From: Lama glama
Taxonomy: Eukaryota
DNA length: 64,000 bases
NCBI GenBank assembly: GCA_028534125.1
Contig: CM052816.1
Span: 56,298,001 to 56,362,000 of the forward strand
Reading direction: 5' to 3'
A program made the translations under genes and the position numbers. The notes below the pieces were generated by a model that saw only the letters and a program-made list of their open reading frames with translations, made no database searches and was not told the DNA's origin. Below are positions 24,501-38,600 of this stretch, piece after piece (position 1 is the first letter of the stretch; the number at the start of each line of letters is the position of its first letter).

Positions 24501-25561
24501 CTCTGGCCCTGGGCATGAGGATAGCAGCAGTTCTCATGCTACTGTCTGACACATCTGCCGTTACTGCTACTGCCAGATAGAGGCTGGCTTTTGTTTCCTG
24601 TATAACATGCTTTGCCCTCCTACTGTGGCTCAATGCCTGACAGAGCCCACTCAATACAGATGAGTTCTCTCTTAAATGACTTCATGAAGCCCACTAGTAA
24701 TTCACTTAGTGAGTGCTTTTGTAGTAAGTTTGCAATATCCTCTAAAGCAATGTGTCTGGAGGAGAGCCAGCCTAATTTAGGAGAAGCATGGTTTAAAAAC
24801 GAGGGACTCATTCTCAAAAGCACACAAGATGGCTATAGAAATATATTAATATGTTTCTCTCTTTCCACAGATTAAACTAAGATCTGTTGCAGATAATAAA
24901 ACAAACAGAAAATTCCTACACATTGGGGATCCTAACCAGGCTTGCTCTGAGCTGATTTGCTTTAGCTTGGAGAGAAGAGCCATGATAGGATGCTGAAATC
25001 TAATAGTGAGGAACCAGAGGTGAGACTGGATTTGGTCCGAGAATCCCCTTCGGAGGGCAGTGTGCAAATGATGGAGCAGCACACAGACACAGGAATTACA
25101 CAAGAATGGCTTAGGGATTCTCAGAGAAACCTCCATTTCCTTCATTAAAAATGGTTTCGTAAAGCAGTCCCAAAAAATCATTTCCAGCAGGTCACAATTT
25201 TTAAATTTGAAACTCATCTACATTTTTTTTTTGCAGCATCACACTTGGTGGTTATGATCCCTTGTCAGTTCACAAAGGGCTGTTTAACCCATAATCGTGG
25301 AAGAGAACAAATAATTTCAGTTTGGCATGATAAGAGCTATGATAAATTTAGGCAGATGAGAGGCCCCTAACATTGATTTTGAAGGTCAGAGAAGACTTTC
25401 TAGAGGATATAATGATAGGGCTAAGCTTTGAAGGAAAAGTAGGAATGCACGGGGCAGGACAGGGATGGTAGATGTGGGCGGGTGACGTGAGATGCAGTGT
25501 TTCAAGTATGAAGAAAAGCAGGCTCATTACATAGACAATTGTTACTTCTCAGTGACCAGCA

Positions 25562-25906
25562 TCTCTTCGTCCATTTGGGATGCCATAGACTGGGTGATTT
25601 ATAATAACAGAAATCTACTTCTCCCACTTTTGGGGCCTAGAAGTCCAAGATCAGGGTGCCATATGGTCTTGTCCTGGGGAAGGCTCTCTTTGGGGGTTTA
25701 GACTGCCACCTTGTAGCTGTGTTCTCACATAGTGGAAAGGAGCTAGGCAGCTCTGTGTGGCCTCTTCTGTAAGGGCGCTAATCCCATTCATGAGGTCCTT
25801 GTGACCTTATCATCCTCCCAAAACCCCACCTCCTAATACCATCACCTTAGGGGGTTAGGATTTTAACATATGAATTTTGAGGAATACAAACATTCAGACC
25901 ATGGCA
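25562..25906 (-). mobile_element. MLT1A-type MaLR solo LTR
   Basis: 'agaagtccaagatcagggtgcca...aagggcgctaatcccattcatgagg...ccccacctcctaataccatcacctt...aacatatgaattttg..aaacattcagaccatggca'. Confidence 0.9.
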
Positions 25907-25929
25907 CACTGGGGAAGACAATGTCCTTA

Positions 25930-26050
25930 TTAGAATCCACTGACTCAGATACTAATCTCATATGGAAATACCCTCACAGACACACCCAGAAATGGCACTT
26001 AATGTGGGTGTCCTCTGGTCAGTCAAGTTGACGCAAAATTAGCCATCTCA
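25930..26050 (-). mobile_element. MLT2B-like ERVL LTR terminal fragment
   Basis: 'tccactgact..taatctcat..accctcacagacacacccagaaat...cagtcaagttgacgcaaaattagccatctca'. Confidence 0.8.
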
Positions 26051-27069
26051 GCAGAGCCATCTGAAAGGTACGGAGTCCAGGCAGATGGGGTGTGTGTGCG
26101 TGTGTATGGGGTGGGCCGAGGGTAGCTGGAGAACTCTGCTGTGGTTCTAAGTGCTAACTTTGAATCAGAAACTTTTCTGGTGCAGCAGCAGCGAGGGACC
26201 ATCCATCTACCAGCTGTGATGTCCACGAACCCACGAACCTGGTCCAGGTTGGGGATTCCAGCTGGGCAGGCCTGGTGCAGGTCTCAAAAGGTGGCCAAGT
26301 GGGGAGGAGTGGGTGTGGGGGCGTGCAGATTGGTGGGAGTTCCAGCAAGTTTGGGTGTAAAAGCTGTGCATCCCGCTCGTATCAGTGCCATTTTTCTGGC
26401 ATCCCTTTCCTCTGTCCCTCTGGTGAGACCCTGGGGCTGGTCTCTCTGGTTGCCTTTCCGTATCCATCCCTGTTGTCGCCCATGGTTTCTATCTCTCCGT
26501 GACTCACTGAGAGGTTCCTGTGATGATGAAGAGTTTTTGGTTTGGACTTGGATCAGGGCCCACACCAAAAGGGTCTGGCTTCCTTGGTGACAGAAGTAGG
26601 GCCAGGAAGTAGAACTTTGAAGTAACATCCTGTGTGCCCATAGGTCTCCTATGTTTATGGCGCTCACACTGGAGATGTCCTTACACTCTGGCAAAGTAGC
26701 CTCTGTGTCGCACATTTCTGAGTTTTGCGGAACAAGGCATTTCAGAAGCAAAGGGAAAGATTACAGGGCAAAGGCTCAGGCTTTGGGAAAAAGGAACAAC
26801 TCTCCTTCCCTTCTTCCTCATTTCCTTGGGAGTGGGAAGAGCTTACTTTGCCTGGAGCCAAAATGCTCAGGGGGCTCAACTCTGGATGACAGCATGAAAT
26901 GCCTTGATCCCAGGAAATTTTTTCATGTCAACTTTGGCTTGTGGGTCTAAAAGGAGCACGAGGTGGCTGCAGACAGGAAAGGACAGGTCTTGCAGACGGT
27001 TTTACAGGAAGTAGGGTGGTCTGGTTTTGAGAGTGGGACGCTCTTCCCCAACCTCGTTCCTCTTGTGTT

Positions 27070-27262
27070 TCCCTGTCACACAGTTAATAACATGCTTATC
27101 GCCCTGGATGATATTTTTTTTTAATTGCTTACATCTTCCCTTAGATTAAGAACTTTGGAAGACATGACCTCACTCTTAATCATTTTCCTATTTTCTAGAG
27201 CCTAGTGCAGAGATTGGCACCCAATAAGAGATCAGTCAGGGCTTGTGAATCGGCTGTGAATG
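27070..27262 (+). mobile_element. L2 3' terminus
   Basis: 'ttagattaagaactttggaagaca...tctagagcctagtgcagagattggcacccaataag...gtgaatg'. Confidence 0.7.
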
Positions 27263-28168
27263 CTTTTCAGAAACGCCCCTATTTTTTCACGCTTCCTTTC
27301 CCTTTTAGGAAGGCCCTCGGGCATTCAGACCTCATGCAACAGGCAGGGAAGGAGGGTCAGGGATCTATCTGGTGGGTCTGATATCTTTGTATTACTTCCT
27401 CACCTCGGATCCCTCCCCCAGAAAAAGAATCTGTTATTCAGGAAAGCCTCTGAAACTCATTAATGTTACGGACTTAATAACGGATAATGGCGCACTTGCT
27501 TATTAAACAAAATTTTTCTGGTGATGGTTTGGGGCTCTAATGTGATTTTTTCCCCTTTTCTGGTTCTCCCTCAATTCTCTCTTTCTAATCCACTCTGCAT
27601 TTCCCTTCTCATCTCTGGACTTTACCACAAAATGCTTTGATCCCAGGACATTCTTTTCATGTCTATTTTGCAACGTACTTGTCACCCTGAGCCCCCCAGT
27701 TATCTAGTCATCGAGAGACTGAGCAAGTCCCAGCCCCTTTCAGTTCTTAGTAAACTCTCCTTTAGGAGTTTTGTTAAGAAAGAAGCAATGGTCTGTATTT
27801 ATATGGCTAAATCCAAGTAGGTGGCAGATTCCCTATAATAATTCTACTTTTAAATAAAAGGAAACAGTGAACCTTCCAAGGGACAAAAGAGTGGGGCTGA
27901 GAACGAAGGGATCTGGGCCTGCACACCTGCAAGCAGATCCCACCAGTGTTGTTGTAACGCACCCTGCACTTTGATGTTCACCTTTTTTTCCTTTTCTTTT
28001 TGATACATGCTCTATTTCCCTTTTTAATTTCTCCTTAGATTCTTAGCAAAATTCTTTTGAAAAGCTCAGCATGTGTTAGGTAAACCAAAAGAGGGAGAAG
28101 AAAGGGAGTTTTGTGTACATTTAGATTTGAAAATGAGACTCAGATTAAGAGTTTGCTGTACCCTAGGG

Positions 28169-28322
28169 CAGAGATTCCTAATGCTGGGGAGGTGCCAGAC
28201 TCCTCTGAGAGTCTCCTGAACACTATGGACTCCTTCCTTAGAAGAAGGTACCTGTGCACAGTATTTTGCATTCAGCTTCAGGGAGTTTGAAGGCGCTGTG
28301 GATTTCAGGTTAAGAATCCCTG
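28169..28322. mobile_element. MER103C-like hAT-Charlie element
   Basis: Imperfect TIRs cagagattcctaa / ttaagaatccctg; internal 'ctatggactcc...attttgcattcagcttcaggg'. Confidence 0.7.
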
Positions 28323-28955
28323 CTTTAGAAGGGGGTGTGTGTGGCCGCCGAAGGGAGGAAGCTTCTGTTGGCTGGCATCCTCATCTGTCCAACCTGGATC
28401 ACTTCCGTTGTAAGCTCAGTATCTTTCTGGTCCCTTGAATTATTTTATTTCATCAAGATCATTATGATGAGTAGCTTACATTTATGAACTATTTGTTAGC
28501 ACATGATCGCCCTTAATCTGACCAGCAGCTGTAGGAGGTAACTGTTCTTTTCACTTTGTAGATGATTTAGCAACTTGCCCTAAGCAATTTGCCCAAAGCA
28601 AAGGATCCAAATCCAGCCCATGCCCTTAATCCCTCTGCAAAGTACCTCCACGGGTTTTGTGTTCTTTTTTATTTGAGGATGAGAGTTATTTACACATCTC
28701 AGTTATCTGGAATGCTAAGGTGGCCCCCGGTTTACCTGGGGTGATTGCATCCACGTAGAGCTGCGTCCACTTCTGTGAGTTGCATGTTCTTTTGGGGCAA
28801 GTTTCAGAACTTCCGACTGTCATTGTTTTTTACATTCTGGGCAGACCTGTCTCAGGAGGGAATATTTTACTGACAGTAAACATGAAAAGTTAAGTGACCT
28901 TGTCAGATGCAAAGAACATAATATTGTTCTCTTTAAAGGACAACTGATCTCCTCC

Positions 28956-29060
28956 TTCATTTCAATCACCATTCATTGAGCACCTCCTGTATGCCAGGCA
29001 CTGTACTGGAGTCTCAGCAGATCTGTGTGTTTATTCCTCATATCTTAGTGAGGAAATACA
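28956..29060 (-). mobile_element. L2 3' terminus
   Basis: 'cattcattgagcacctcctgtatgccaggcactgtact'. Confidence 0.75.
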
Positions 29061-30594
29061 TGCTCTTTTAAAGCAACTATTGACTAAAACTGGAGTTTTT
29101 GAGTTTGCAGAGACTTGGAGTTTTCCTCCTGAACAATATGGGTGGAGTGGTCAAGACTTGAAGTGGGTAAAGTTTATCTCTCATTGGCATGTAATCCTCA
29201 TTAAAGGACAGGGAAAAGTGGACTGGAGAAAGGCTTGGACTTCTGGTCCCAGCTGTGATATGAGCTCAACATTTTAACTGGGAAAGCGATCAGCAGCTAT
29301 GGTGCGGCCATACAGGACAGGTGCACACCCAGTTTATGGTGAGGGCCACTAATAAATGTGGGTCATACATTGTATTGATAACTACAATGCCGGGGGTGTA
29401 GAACTTTGAAAAGTTAGGGGACAAAATAGTACTACTCAGAATGAGTTATCTGAGAACAGCATTCACTTTTCTTTTTTTCCTAAAAGCCATCACCATTTTC
29501 TTTGCAAGTTTGCAAGGAGACAGCTTAACACATGCAGCTGCAGAAGGTTCATTTACATGTCATTTATCAATTTATCAATGCTCCATGAAGCATTACCTTT
29601 CAGTTAGATAGAATGGTGATTCTAAATCAATTTCACTTCTTTTTGATTCCACATTTTCTTGTATACATAGAAAAGCTGCCAATGTTTTGGCTCCATTGGC
29701 TGAGAACCACAGATACAATTGAATGATGCATTAGTTGTTTGAAAAAGGAAATAGTTCTTTGGAATAATTATTTTTTTCCTGCTGTGGTATAGGTTAGAGA
29801 ACAGAAAAATTCCTGGGGTGCAACTGGAAGAAAAAAAGGAGGGCAGGAAAACACAGAGATAAACTAGATTACTATTCCAAGATAGCCCTGTCTACACTGA
29901 GAAGACTCATTAGTTTCTCCACCTCACTACTTCTGTCCTGTTATCCCACTGTTGCATCAATCCTCTGCCGAATCCTCTCTGAATCCTCGTCATTTCAACA
30001 GTCATTGCTATGCCTTTTACACCTTTTGTGTGTGTGATTACAACATGGTCCTAATATTCACAGACATAAATAAAAGGGCAGAATGGCAAATAAACATAAG
30101 GTCGATGCTTAGAATTATGCCTGATCCATAATACTTGCTGAGTAAAAATGTGATGAATGAATAAAAGAAAAAGACAGAATGCTGGGGGAAATTAGGCTTA
30201 AGAAGGATGTACAATAAAGACAAAGCACCTTAGAAAGCACAGTTAAGAGAACTGTTCACTTTAGAGCTGAAAAGATAAAAATTCATTGGAGGAAAAAATT
30301 GATTTACACAAATTTGATGTACATGCAACACTTTAGGATCACTATAATTATAAACACTGGTTTGCATAAAGCCAATTGAAAATGAGGACCCATTTCCACA
30401 TTACAAAATCTGAACTAGTCTTCTTCTAAATAGCTATTTGCTTCCTACTGCACTCATTCTTGCATATACACAGAGTTCACATAGATGTCATTCGGTTACT
30501 CCTTCTGCCTGACTATTGTGAGTTCTCCTGCTAAACCTGGGGAAGATGGTCTCCTAACATAGTTTCTAAGGATTTTCTTTAAAAAATTTTTTTA

Positions 30595-31515
30595 CTGTCT
30601 TTTTTTTTTTAGAGCAGTTTTAAGTTTGCAGCAAAATTTAAAAAAATGTGCAGAGAATTCCCGTATACCCTCTCCCCCTTACACATGCATAGCCTCCTCC
30701 ATGATCAACGCCCCCCACCAGAGGGATGCATTTGTCACAGCCCATGAACCTGCAGTGACGCATCAGTGTCACTCCAAGTTCGCAGTTTACCTTGGTGCTG
30801 TACGTTCTGTGGGTCCAGACACATACATAATGACATGTGTCCGTCATTATGGTATCTTACAGGGCATTTTCACTGACTTAACACCCTCTGGGGTATGCCT
30901 GTTCATCCCTCCCCAACTCATCCCCAAGCAGCTACTGATCTTTTTACTGTCTCTACAGTTTTGCCTTTTCCACAATGTCATATGTTTGGAATCATACAGT
31001 ATGTGGCCTTATCAGATTGACATCTTTCCCTTTGTAACGTGCATTTACATTTCCTCCCTGTCTTTTCATGGCTTGATAGCTCATTTATTTTTTGTGTTGA
31101 ATAATAACCCAGTATCTGAATATATCATAGTCTATTTATCTATTCACCTACTGAAGGACATCTTGGTTGCTTCCAGGTTGTGGCAGTTATGAATAAAGCT
31201 ACTGTAAGTATCCATGTGTAGGTTTTTGTGTGGACATAAGTTTTCAAGTCCTTTGGGTAAATTAACAAGCAGCATAATTGCTGAATCATATGGTAAGAGT
31301 ATGTTAAGTTTTGCAAGGAACTGCCAAACCGTTTTCCATAGTGGCTGTACCAGTTGGCACTCCCACCAGCAGTGAATGAGAGCTCCTGTTGCTCCACATC
31401 CTTGTCAGCATTTGGTATTGTCCGTGTTCAGGACTTTGGCCATTCTGATAGGAGTATAGTGGTATCTCCTTGTCATTTTAATTTGCATTTCCCTGATGAC
31501 GTATGATGCGTTCAT
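30595..31515 (-). mobile_element. L1MC1-like 3' fragment (ORF2 end plus 3'UTR)
   Basis: 'tttagagcagttttaagtttgcagcaaaatt..cagagaattccc..cccccaccagag'; ORF 31140..31397 contains 'YPKDLKTYVHTKT...ALFITATTWKQPRCPS' and ORF 31405..31707 contains 'IREMQIK..RYHYTPIRMAK'. Confidence 0.92.
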
Positions 31516-33139
31516 GTACTTTGTTAGGCTCGCTAGGTATGATCCCTTCCCCCCTGCTCCAAGCCCCCCTCCCTCCCCGCCCTTTTCCAAACCATAAGTG
31601 TGATTAGGAGTTTTGTACAACGTGTCCTCTCGCCTTTTAAGACATACTGCACATCCCCTGCATGGTGGAGAACAGGCATGCCCACGTTCTGCTTTTAAAG
31701 TAAGCAATCATAAGACTTCATGTCACATAAAATGTAAACACGAGGCTTGTCCCGGTGTGTTGAGCAGACAAAGCCTATCTGAAGAAGTGGCTTCAATAAG
31801 TTGTTCTAGTTCGACAGGTTAATCCTTATTTCCCAGGGAGAACAGAGCTACTCTAAACAGGACAGATCCTTTTTCTTTTCATTAATGCATGGTCCCAGAA
31901 CTCTGCAGAATTCTCTGTTTGGGTGGTGTGCGTGCTGTGACACAAATGCACAAAAGGCAGGAAGTTCGCCATCAGTGTGGACGTTGCCTTCTCTCCTGTC
32001 AGTTGCTATGTGTTTTTTCCAGTGGTGAGAATCCGAGACGGTGCCGACATTGCCTTTGAGCATCCTTCCAGGGGCAGCCTGGGCTTGGGACACTATGCTG
32101 TTTAAATTTAAATACACGTCTTGTGGGCTGAGTGTTGATGCTGGCGGTGCCTTTGGGTGTAGCCATTTCCCAACCAGCCTGTCAAAAACCAGGGCAAAGC
32201 TTTTCAAAAGGGCCGAGTGGAGCTTTTGGAAATGCAAATGCGTGTATGGGCTTGGGACCGAGGACGGCTTATAATTAATGATCTTTTATGTATTGCTCAT
32301 TACAGGGGTCCACTCAATAAAAACTCATTGCCTCTGCTTTGTCGGTGACAGGTACCCTCATCAGAAACAAGGCTCTTTTTGTACTAGTTTTCCTCTGATG
32401 GAGGAGGGAATGGATTGCTGTGCAGGGAGCCCACGGGGGAGTGAGGGAGAGGGAGCGGGGGCTGAGGAGGGCTTCGCTTGAAACCCCATTTAAAAGCACT
32501 AGCATATTTATTGGAATAAGTGTTGAGAAACGATTTCACTTACTACTGCAATTTGAGGTCCAGTATAAGGGGTAAAGCGTGGATTCTTGTCTGTAGTTTT
32601 TAAGGGGTGAACTTGCCAACCCTTTCCAAGAGACTAAATACCCATCACCTACTTTGCAGATGGTAGGTTTTTTTTTTTTTAGAAACAGCAAGAAACACAT
32701 TTCTTTCCACAGGCTTTCTGAACTTAAATTTAATACCCTCCATAAACCTGCAAGACACCATTGAGAGAACACTGAGGGGGAATTCATGGGCTCAAAAAGC
32801 GACCTCGTCTCTTCTCAAATAATGGCTGAAGAGCGAGCTTCTTCCCTGGTGGGCGTGTGTGTGGTGGGGAGGGGGCTTTGCAGATGCCTTATAAGCAGCT
32901 GTAACTGGGAAATAATCCCTTTTACATGGTGGCTAAGTTTTAGGAGAGTTGGAAAATTGAACGTCTCTGAACAGGTCGCAAAACAGACATGAATGTTCTA
33001 TTCTTCTGGACTAAAAATAATTCTAGAAGGTTCCTTTTACTGAAGGTGTGGAAACACTGAAGCTCTCTGAAACAGGTTTAAATAAGTAGTTATCAGGGCC
33101 CTTTGATGTGCTGAGTGGTTCAACTCATTTTCATCTATA

Positions 33140-33320
33140 ATCACACTGACCTAGCTGGATGACACGGCCTAGCTGCTTTCATTTCGCTGTGCGTCCGTGT
33201 CCTGAGCTGTAAAATGGACATACCAGTAGTGGCGACTTCATGGAGCTGTGAGGGTTAAATGAGTTAGTGGCTGTAAGATGTGTGGCAGGTGGAACGTACA
33301 TGGTGGACAAGTGTTAGCTT
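33140..33320 (+). mobile_element. MIR SINE
   Basis: 'ctgtaaaatggacata...tcatggagctgtgagggttaaatgagtta...aagtgttagct'. Confidence 0.8.
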
Positions 33321-33614
33321 ACCTCCTCCTCCTCCTCATCTACCCACCCTTCCCCACCTCCAGGCAACTCTTGTCATCAGACCACTGAGAACACAAGTGA
33401 TCGGCCAGCCTCCGACAGTCTCATGATTTTCCAAAAGAAAAAAGACATTGCCCTGAAAACTGGATCAGCCAAAGAAGACTGGGAAAGAACTCAGTGTGGC
33501 ACGTTTCTCTTCTGCCTGCTTGTCCTCAGGCCCCCTGCACGATCTCGGCAGCCAGCACTTGTCTCCCCGGCTTTTGCCCAGGAGGTTTGCCTGGTCCTGG
33601 GAGGCGGGGGATGG

Positions 33615-33780
33615 AGGCGGAGCGCGAGCCCTGGGCCTGACTCAGAGCTTGACTCGGCCCCAGTTCTGCAGAGCTGGGCACGGCACTGCACATCCTGGGG
33701 ACTCTGTCCTCTTTGCTACAAATGAGAGGTTTGTGTCACTGATGCTTCAGCCTCTTTGCAGTCTGGACAGCCTGGGAGTT
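33615..33780 (+). mobile_element. MIR3/MIRc-like fragment
   Basis: 'ctctgtcctctttgctacaaatgagaggtttg..ctgatgcttcagcctctttgcagtctggaca'. Confidence 0.5.
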
Positions 33781-34389
33781 CAAAAGCCCTGCTGAGAACT
33801 GAGGAACTGCTTCTATAATGAAATAACTCCGGCCTGGAAACTTCCTCTGGGCTGGAGTGGGCAGGGCAGTGCCCAGCGGCAGAGATCCAGGCTGTCGGTG
33901 TATTTCAGCAGCATCGATTCCTGTGTTTAGGATGGGCGCGTCCTCTGCCTGGGGCTGCAGCCCTCATCACCGCTGGGGACCTGGGGGCCACCCTCTTTCT
34001 CCGGTTCCCATCCTGACTCCTTGGAACTTTCTCCATATGAACAAAGTAAGAAGTGTCCAGCTAAAGGAGCTGCCCTACTATGAGCAAGGCTGCAAAGCTT
34101 TGAGGGGTGGGGAGGCGGTCCCCTCTGCTTAGATATTCTGAAAGTCCTGCACAATGAAGAAATAGTCTACTTAGAATACCAATGGCACCCTCTTTGGAAA
34201 AAAAAAAAAGTGCACTCACTTAAAATGCCCATGCTTCCCAAATACTTTTTGTGATTTTCATCCTGGAAATTTTGAGGGGCAAGCCCTCAAGAGAACTCCT
34301 TTTGGGCTGGAGAGCCTTTCTGCATTAGGACACACTAGGAGATGGCTTCACAGTCCACAGAGAAGTCTGACCCTAAGTAAGTATATACT

Positions 34390-34548
34390 CTTGTAACTTA
34401 CTCCAAGCTTCATTTTCCTTGCTTGTAAAATCGGCATAACTATGGCGCCTACCTTATAGGGATATTGTTTTGTTTTAATAAGTCAATATATATAGATAGA
34501 GCACTCATCACTCGGTCTGGCACAATTAATTCACTAGACGTCAGCTTC
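34390..34548 (+). mobile_element. MIR SINE
   Basis: 'gcttcattttccttgcttgtaaaat..cctaccttataggg..agagcactcatcactcggtctggcaca'. Confidence 0.75.
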
Positions 34549-35509
34549 AGTCCTGAATACAATGTAACGCATTGCACAGATGTACCAGGACTCCGCTGTG
34601 AAATATTCAGCTATGTACTAAAACTCTCAAAGTCCTGTTGGTCCTATGGTTCACCTAGATTGAAAGTAGAAACAAAACATTTTGATATGCTTAAAGTATC
34701 TATCTGCTCCTGGAGAATAAAAATTCTGGTAGAAGCTGAAGAATTTAAAAGCAAGTCTGATATGAAACAGATACCGCTGTTAACATTCCTCCAGGCTTCA
34801 TTCACGCCTTTGTGGTACTGGGCTGTCTGCTCAGCTCCCGCCATCTGGAGCCTGGGATGGACACTGGGGCTCCCATTCTAGGGCCAGGAGCAGCCAGGAA
34901 ACCCTGGCGTGAGAATTCACACTGGCTCTTGCAGGGCGTTGGGGGTGGTGCCTCAGCTGGAGAGCTGGGTTTAGGGCTGGGCGGTTGCGCTTTCAAGAGC
35001 TGGGTCATTCTAAAGGAATGTGCGAAGGGCATCTGTGGGGACAGAGATTAAAGAGTGGGAAAGTAGATGAGTGATCCACTATCGCTCAGCTAATGGGGAA
35101 AAGTTAACATTTCACTAACTCCAGCAGGGAACCTGATGACCCGGCTGCACACCCAGGGTTACTCAGGAGAAGAGACGGTGGCAACAGGGGGAAGACGAAT
35201 TCACCATCATCTCACTCACAGCACCCCCCAACCCTGCACACACCAGCTGTTTTTATAACCAGCTCCTTCCTCGCCTGTCATTCTTACAACAGGCGGTGTG
35301 ATATCAGAGGGTCAGTGCAGTACCCTCTTTGGGGTAATAAGCACCAAACATCAAGGGAATGACATTCTTCAGTCTCATTCAATCGACGCAGGGCCCACTG
35401 TATGACAGAAACTGCATTAAAGCCTGTGGGAGACGCAAAGAAGAACCAGGAGTGACCCCCTGGCCTCAAGGGATTTAGCACGCAGTAAAACGCCTAAGAC
35501 ACTGTATAG

Positions 35510-35650
35510 GAGTGTTTCTCAAAGAGCCATTCTCAGATTCACAGGTTTGTCACCAAAGAAGATTCCAGGGGTCCACAGCAGATGGGACCCAGGAACCTTC
35601 ATTTACAACAAGCTCCCCGCCAATGTACCCTGTGGTTGGAGGAGCGTTGG
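35510..35650. mobile_element. MER5-like DNA transposon remnant
   Basis: 'agtgtttctcaaag...agattccaggg...gggacccaggaacct.cattt.caacaagctcccc'. Confidence 0.6.
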
Positions 35651-38600
35651 TATGGGGTCCATGCAGGCTCTAAGCCAGGGTAGAAAGCCTTTTTTTCTGT
35701 GTCTGTACAGGGAGTATCAAGGGATACTGAAAGAAGCGTGCAGCCTGTAGGCTTCCAGATGAGAAATACGTGGCAGGTGTGTTTAAAAAGTGGTGGAATC
35801 AGCACTGAGAGGCAAGGGGCAGTATGGCCTTAGCGGCAACCAGAGGGGCCAGTGAATGTGACCCCGGTGTTTACGGAACGCGCAGCTGAGTTACTGCTGA
35901 ACACATCACCAGGGCTTGGTCCTAACGCTTTTTAGCATGCTGTCAGGTCGGGAGGGAAAGCCACAGCTTAGTTTCTCATTCTCAACAAATTTTAGCAATG
36001 AATATTTTGGGAATTAAACCATACCAGGAAATCAGCTTGATTTACACGTCTCTGTGTTGGTGTGGATGGGTGGGGCAGGTTGGATCCCCATTGGTGAGAA
36101 CAGGTGGTGAGTCCTGGTTGGTTAGGAGTGAAGCTGGTTGGGATGCTGAAGCCTTCTTCCTGGAGAAAGAAGCTGAAGAAGCCTCAAAGTTGGAAAGGAG
36201 AACTGGTAGAGGGAAGGACAGTGGGTAGAAGGAGGGACGAGTGTGTTGGGAGGAGGAGGCGGCTGTTCTGGCCACCTGCAGTCCCCTGGGGGGAAGTTCT
36301 GCGGTGGAGCCCGGGGCAGGCTGTCCAGCCCGAGCTCCAGTGGCTGAGTGCGAGCTGCAAGAGTGTAAAACCTGGAGCCTTGCTCTTTGTGACCACGGAA
36401 TTGCAGAGACAGCTCAGCTTAGGTCTGGAGTAGAAGGAGAAGAGCTCCCCAGACCCCCCAGTGGTCCTCTGGGTGGAGGTGGTATAGGGAAGAAGTGGGA
36501 GGAAGTTGGCTAACGCTGGAAGCCTGAGTCCAGTTAACGGAGCTGTGGAGAACAGTGTCTTAGCTGATAACCTGGGTCCTGAGACACTCTCACACTGCCC
36601 TAAAGGAGTCCTAAGTGTCTTACATGACTAGTGATGGGATGGAGGAGGAATAGAGTCCCTCCCGAAGACTGGGGTGGAGGCCTTTGGATAAACCCTTTCT
36701 GGATTCTCTCAGTAGTAATGGGCCAGGAGCTGAGGAATCCACACAAGAACCTGGGAGGAGACTCTGGTTCAGGGCTGCCTTTGGGACTCCTTTATCCTGA
36801 GATGAAGAACAGCTTTGTGTCGAGGCATGGTTTAGCCTGTGAGCCTTCCCTGCTCACCCAGTCCTTGGGACAGTGGTAAACTAAGGGCTACCATGGCTAG
36901 AAAACAAAAGAAACCAATTTTGCCACTTTGCTGACTGCCAGCCAGACTGGGCACTTGGGCTCAAGCTGATATTTTTCCTGGAACGGGCTTTCCTTTTTGT
37001 TGCCATGACAACTAGTTAAAAGATTGGGAAGTGCGGTCTCTAATCTGCATGGCTACTCCTGATGCGCCTGCACATGGGCACTGGGTAACCTCATCGCCTC
37101 ATTGGTCTTTGGCTTCTTTTTGGCACCCAGCACGTGGTGAGGAGATGCGGGCTCCATCACGCTGGAGGCTCAACTTTGCACGGTGAGTAAACAGGCAGAG
37201 AGGGAAGAGAACTGCTTTGCAAAGAACATCCCATTAGGCTCTTCTGAAGCAGGTCTGGGACCCCAGGAAGCTGTATCTGAGCCTCACAGTGGCAAGACCT
37301 CCTGCAGGAAGCCTTCTGGTCCCTGTAACACCTCAGTTCAGCCATCCTGTGAGACGGCACTCTGTGTGGGGGACCCCATTTTGCTAGGAAACGCCCTTAT
37401 TCTCAGCATGGAGATAAGAGAGCTCATTTATTTTTCAATAAGCACAATACACCAGGACACAGTCACCCAAGTAAATGAGTACTAGCCTTTTCAAAGTAGC
37501 TTCAAAGCATACTAGAAGTCCTCTCGCCCCTCTGGCGTTTTCTCTGGATGTACTCAGTGGTGGCAATCTCTCTACTTGGAAAGAAAATTGATTCTCGTAA
37601 ATCATCCAAAGTCCTTGGATGTCGGGTTCAATGAATAAAGCAGGTGATCAAACAAGGCTCAATGATAATATCCCCGTATTCTTTTCTTTGTGTAAAATGG
37701 CCCTAAAAGCAATTACAATAGGAATTCCTATATGGTACCAAGCAATGGCAGACCAGTTAGAATCATGCCCCAAGGTGGATAGCTCCATGACATGGCAATG
37801 CCAATCTTGATGTGTAAGGGCCATTGGTTTGAAATAGATACTAATTTCACATATAACATCCATGTTAATTTAGTATTTACCCACTAATACTAAATTTAGA
37901 GTTCCCGTGAGAACTGCTTTTTGTATAAAACAAATCTCTTTATAATGTTATATAATGTTCTTTATTAATTTTTCTTTACATACACATAAGGTGATTGAAA
38001 AGATTGGCTTTGAACAGACAAAACTGTGTTCTGATTTTACTAGTATTCAGGATTTTCCCAGCACCAGTTTGGTGGACTAGCAGCTCTTCCTCACTACATG
38101 CAGACAGAGTGAAAAAATGTACAGCAAACAATCTCCATCAGCTGGGACACTAACTGTTGGTGACAAATACTAGGACAGAGGCTCGACTCAAATGAGCACT
38201 AATGTAACTTGAAAAGTTATTTCTGTGTTTAATAATGGAACTTTTAGTTGCCTAAGCATTTGAGTGCTCTTCAAAAAGATAACCCTTGTTCACGTCAAGA
38301 ACATTCTAAATTTTTTCCTTGGCATTTGAAAATTTCAAGCTAAGGATGTCTGTCCTTGCTCAAGTGACACACGCTTCAAGTTGGGCAGTTCAGCAAAATC
38401 CGAAAGATAAGATTTGAACGGGCCTCTTGATTCATGTCATCACACAGAGAAGCTAAGTTGCTGGCCTATTTGATGAAAGGAGAGTTCGATTCTCACTAAA
38501 CGGCAAGTGGATTTTGCAGATGCTAAGCTGGAAACCGCAGAGGGCCTCTCATTTCTGAGAACTACGTCCTGAATACGGATTAACCATTTCTTCAATTTAC

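Noticed and set aside
29958..29988. Three short aatcctc repeats
   Set aside because: Too short and irregular; no CRISPR-like or minisatellite structure
30626..31192. 188-aa ORF
   Set aside because: Antisense reading of an L1MC1 3'UTR; not a gene
37727..37735. CCTATATGG as a CArG box
   Set aside because: Only five A/T bases between CC and GG; SRF consensus needs six
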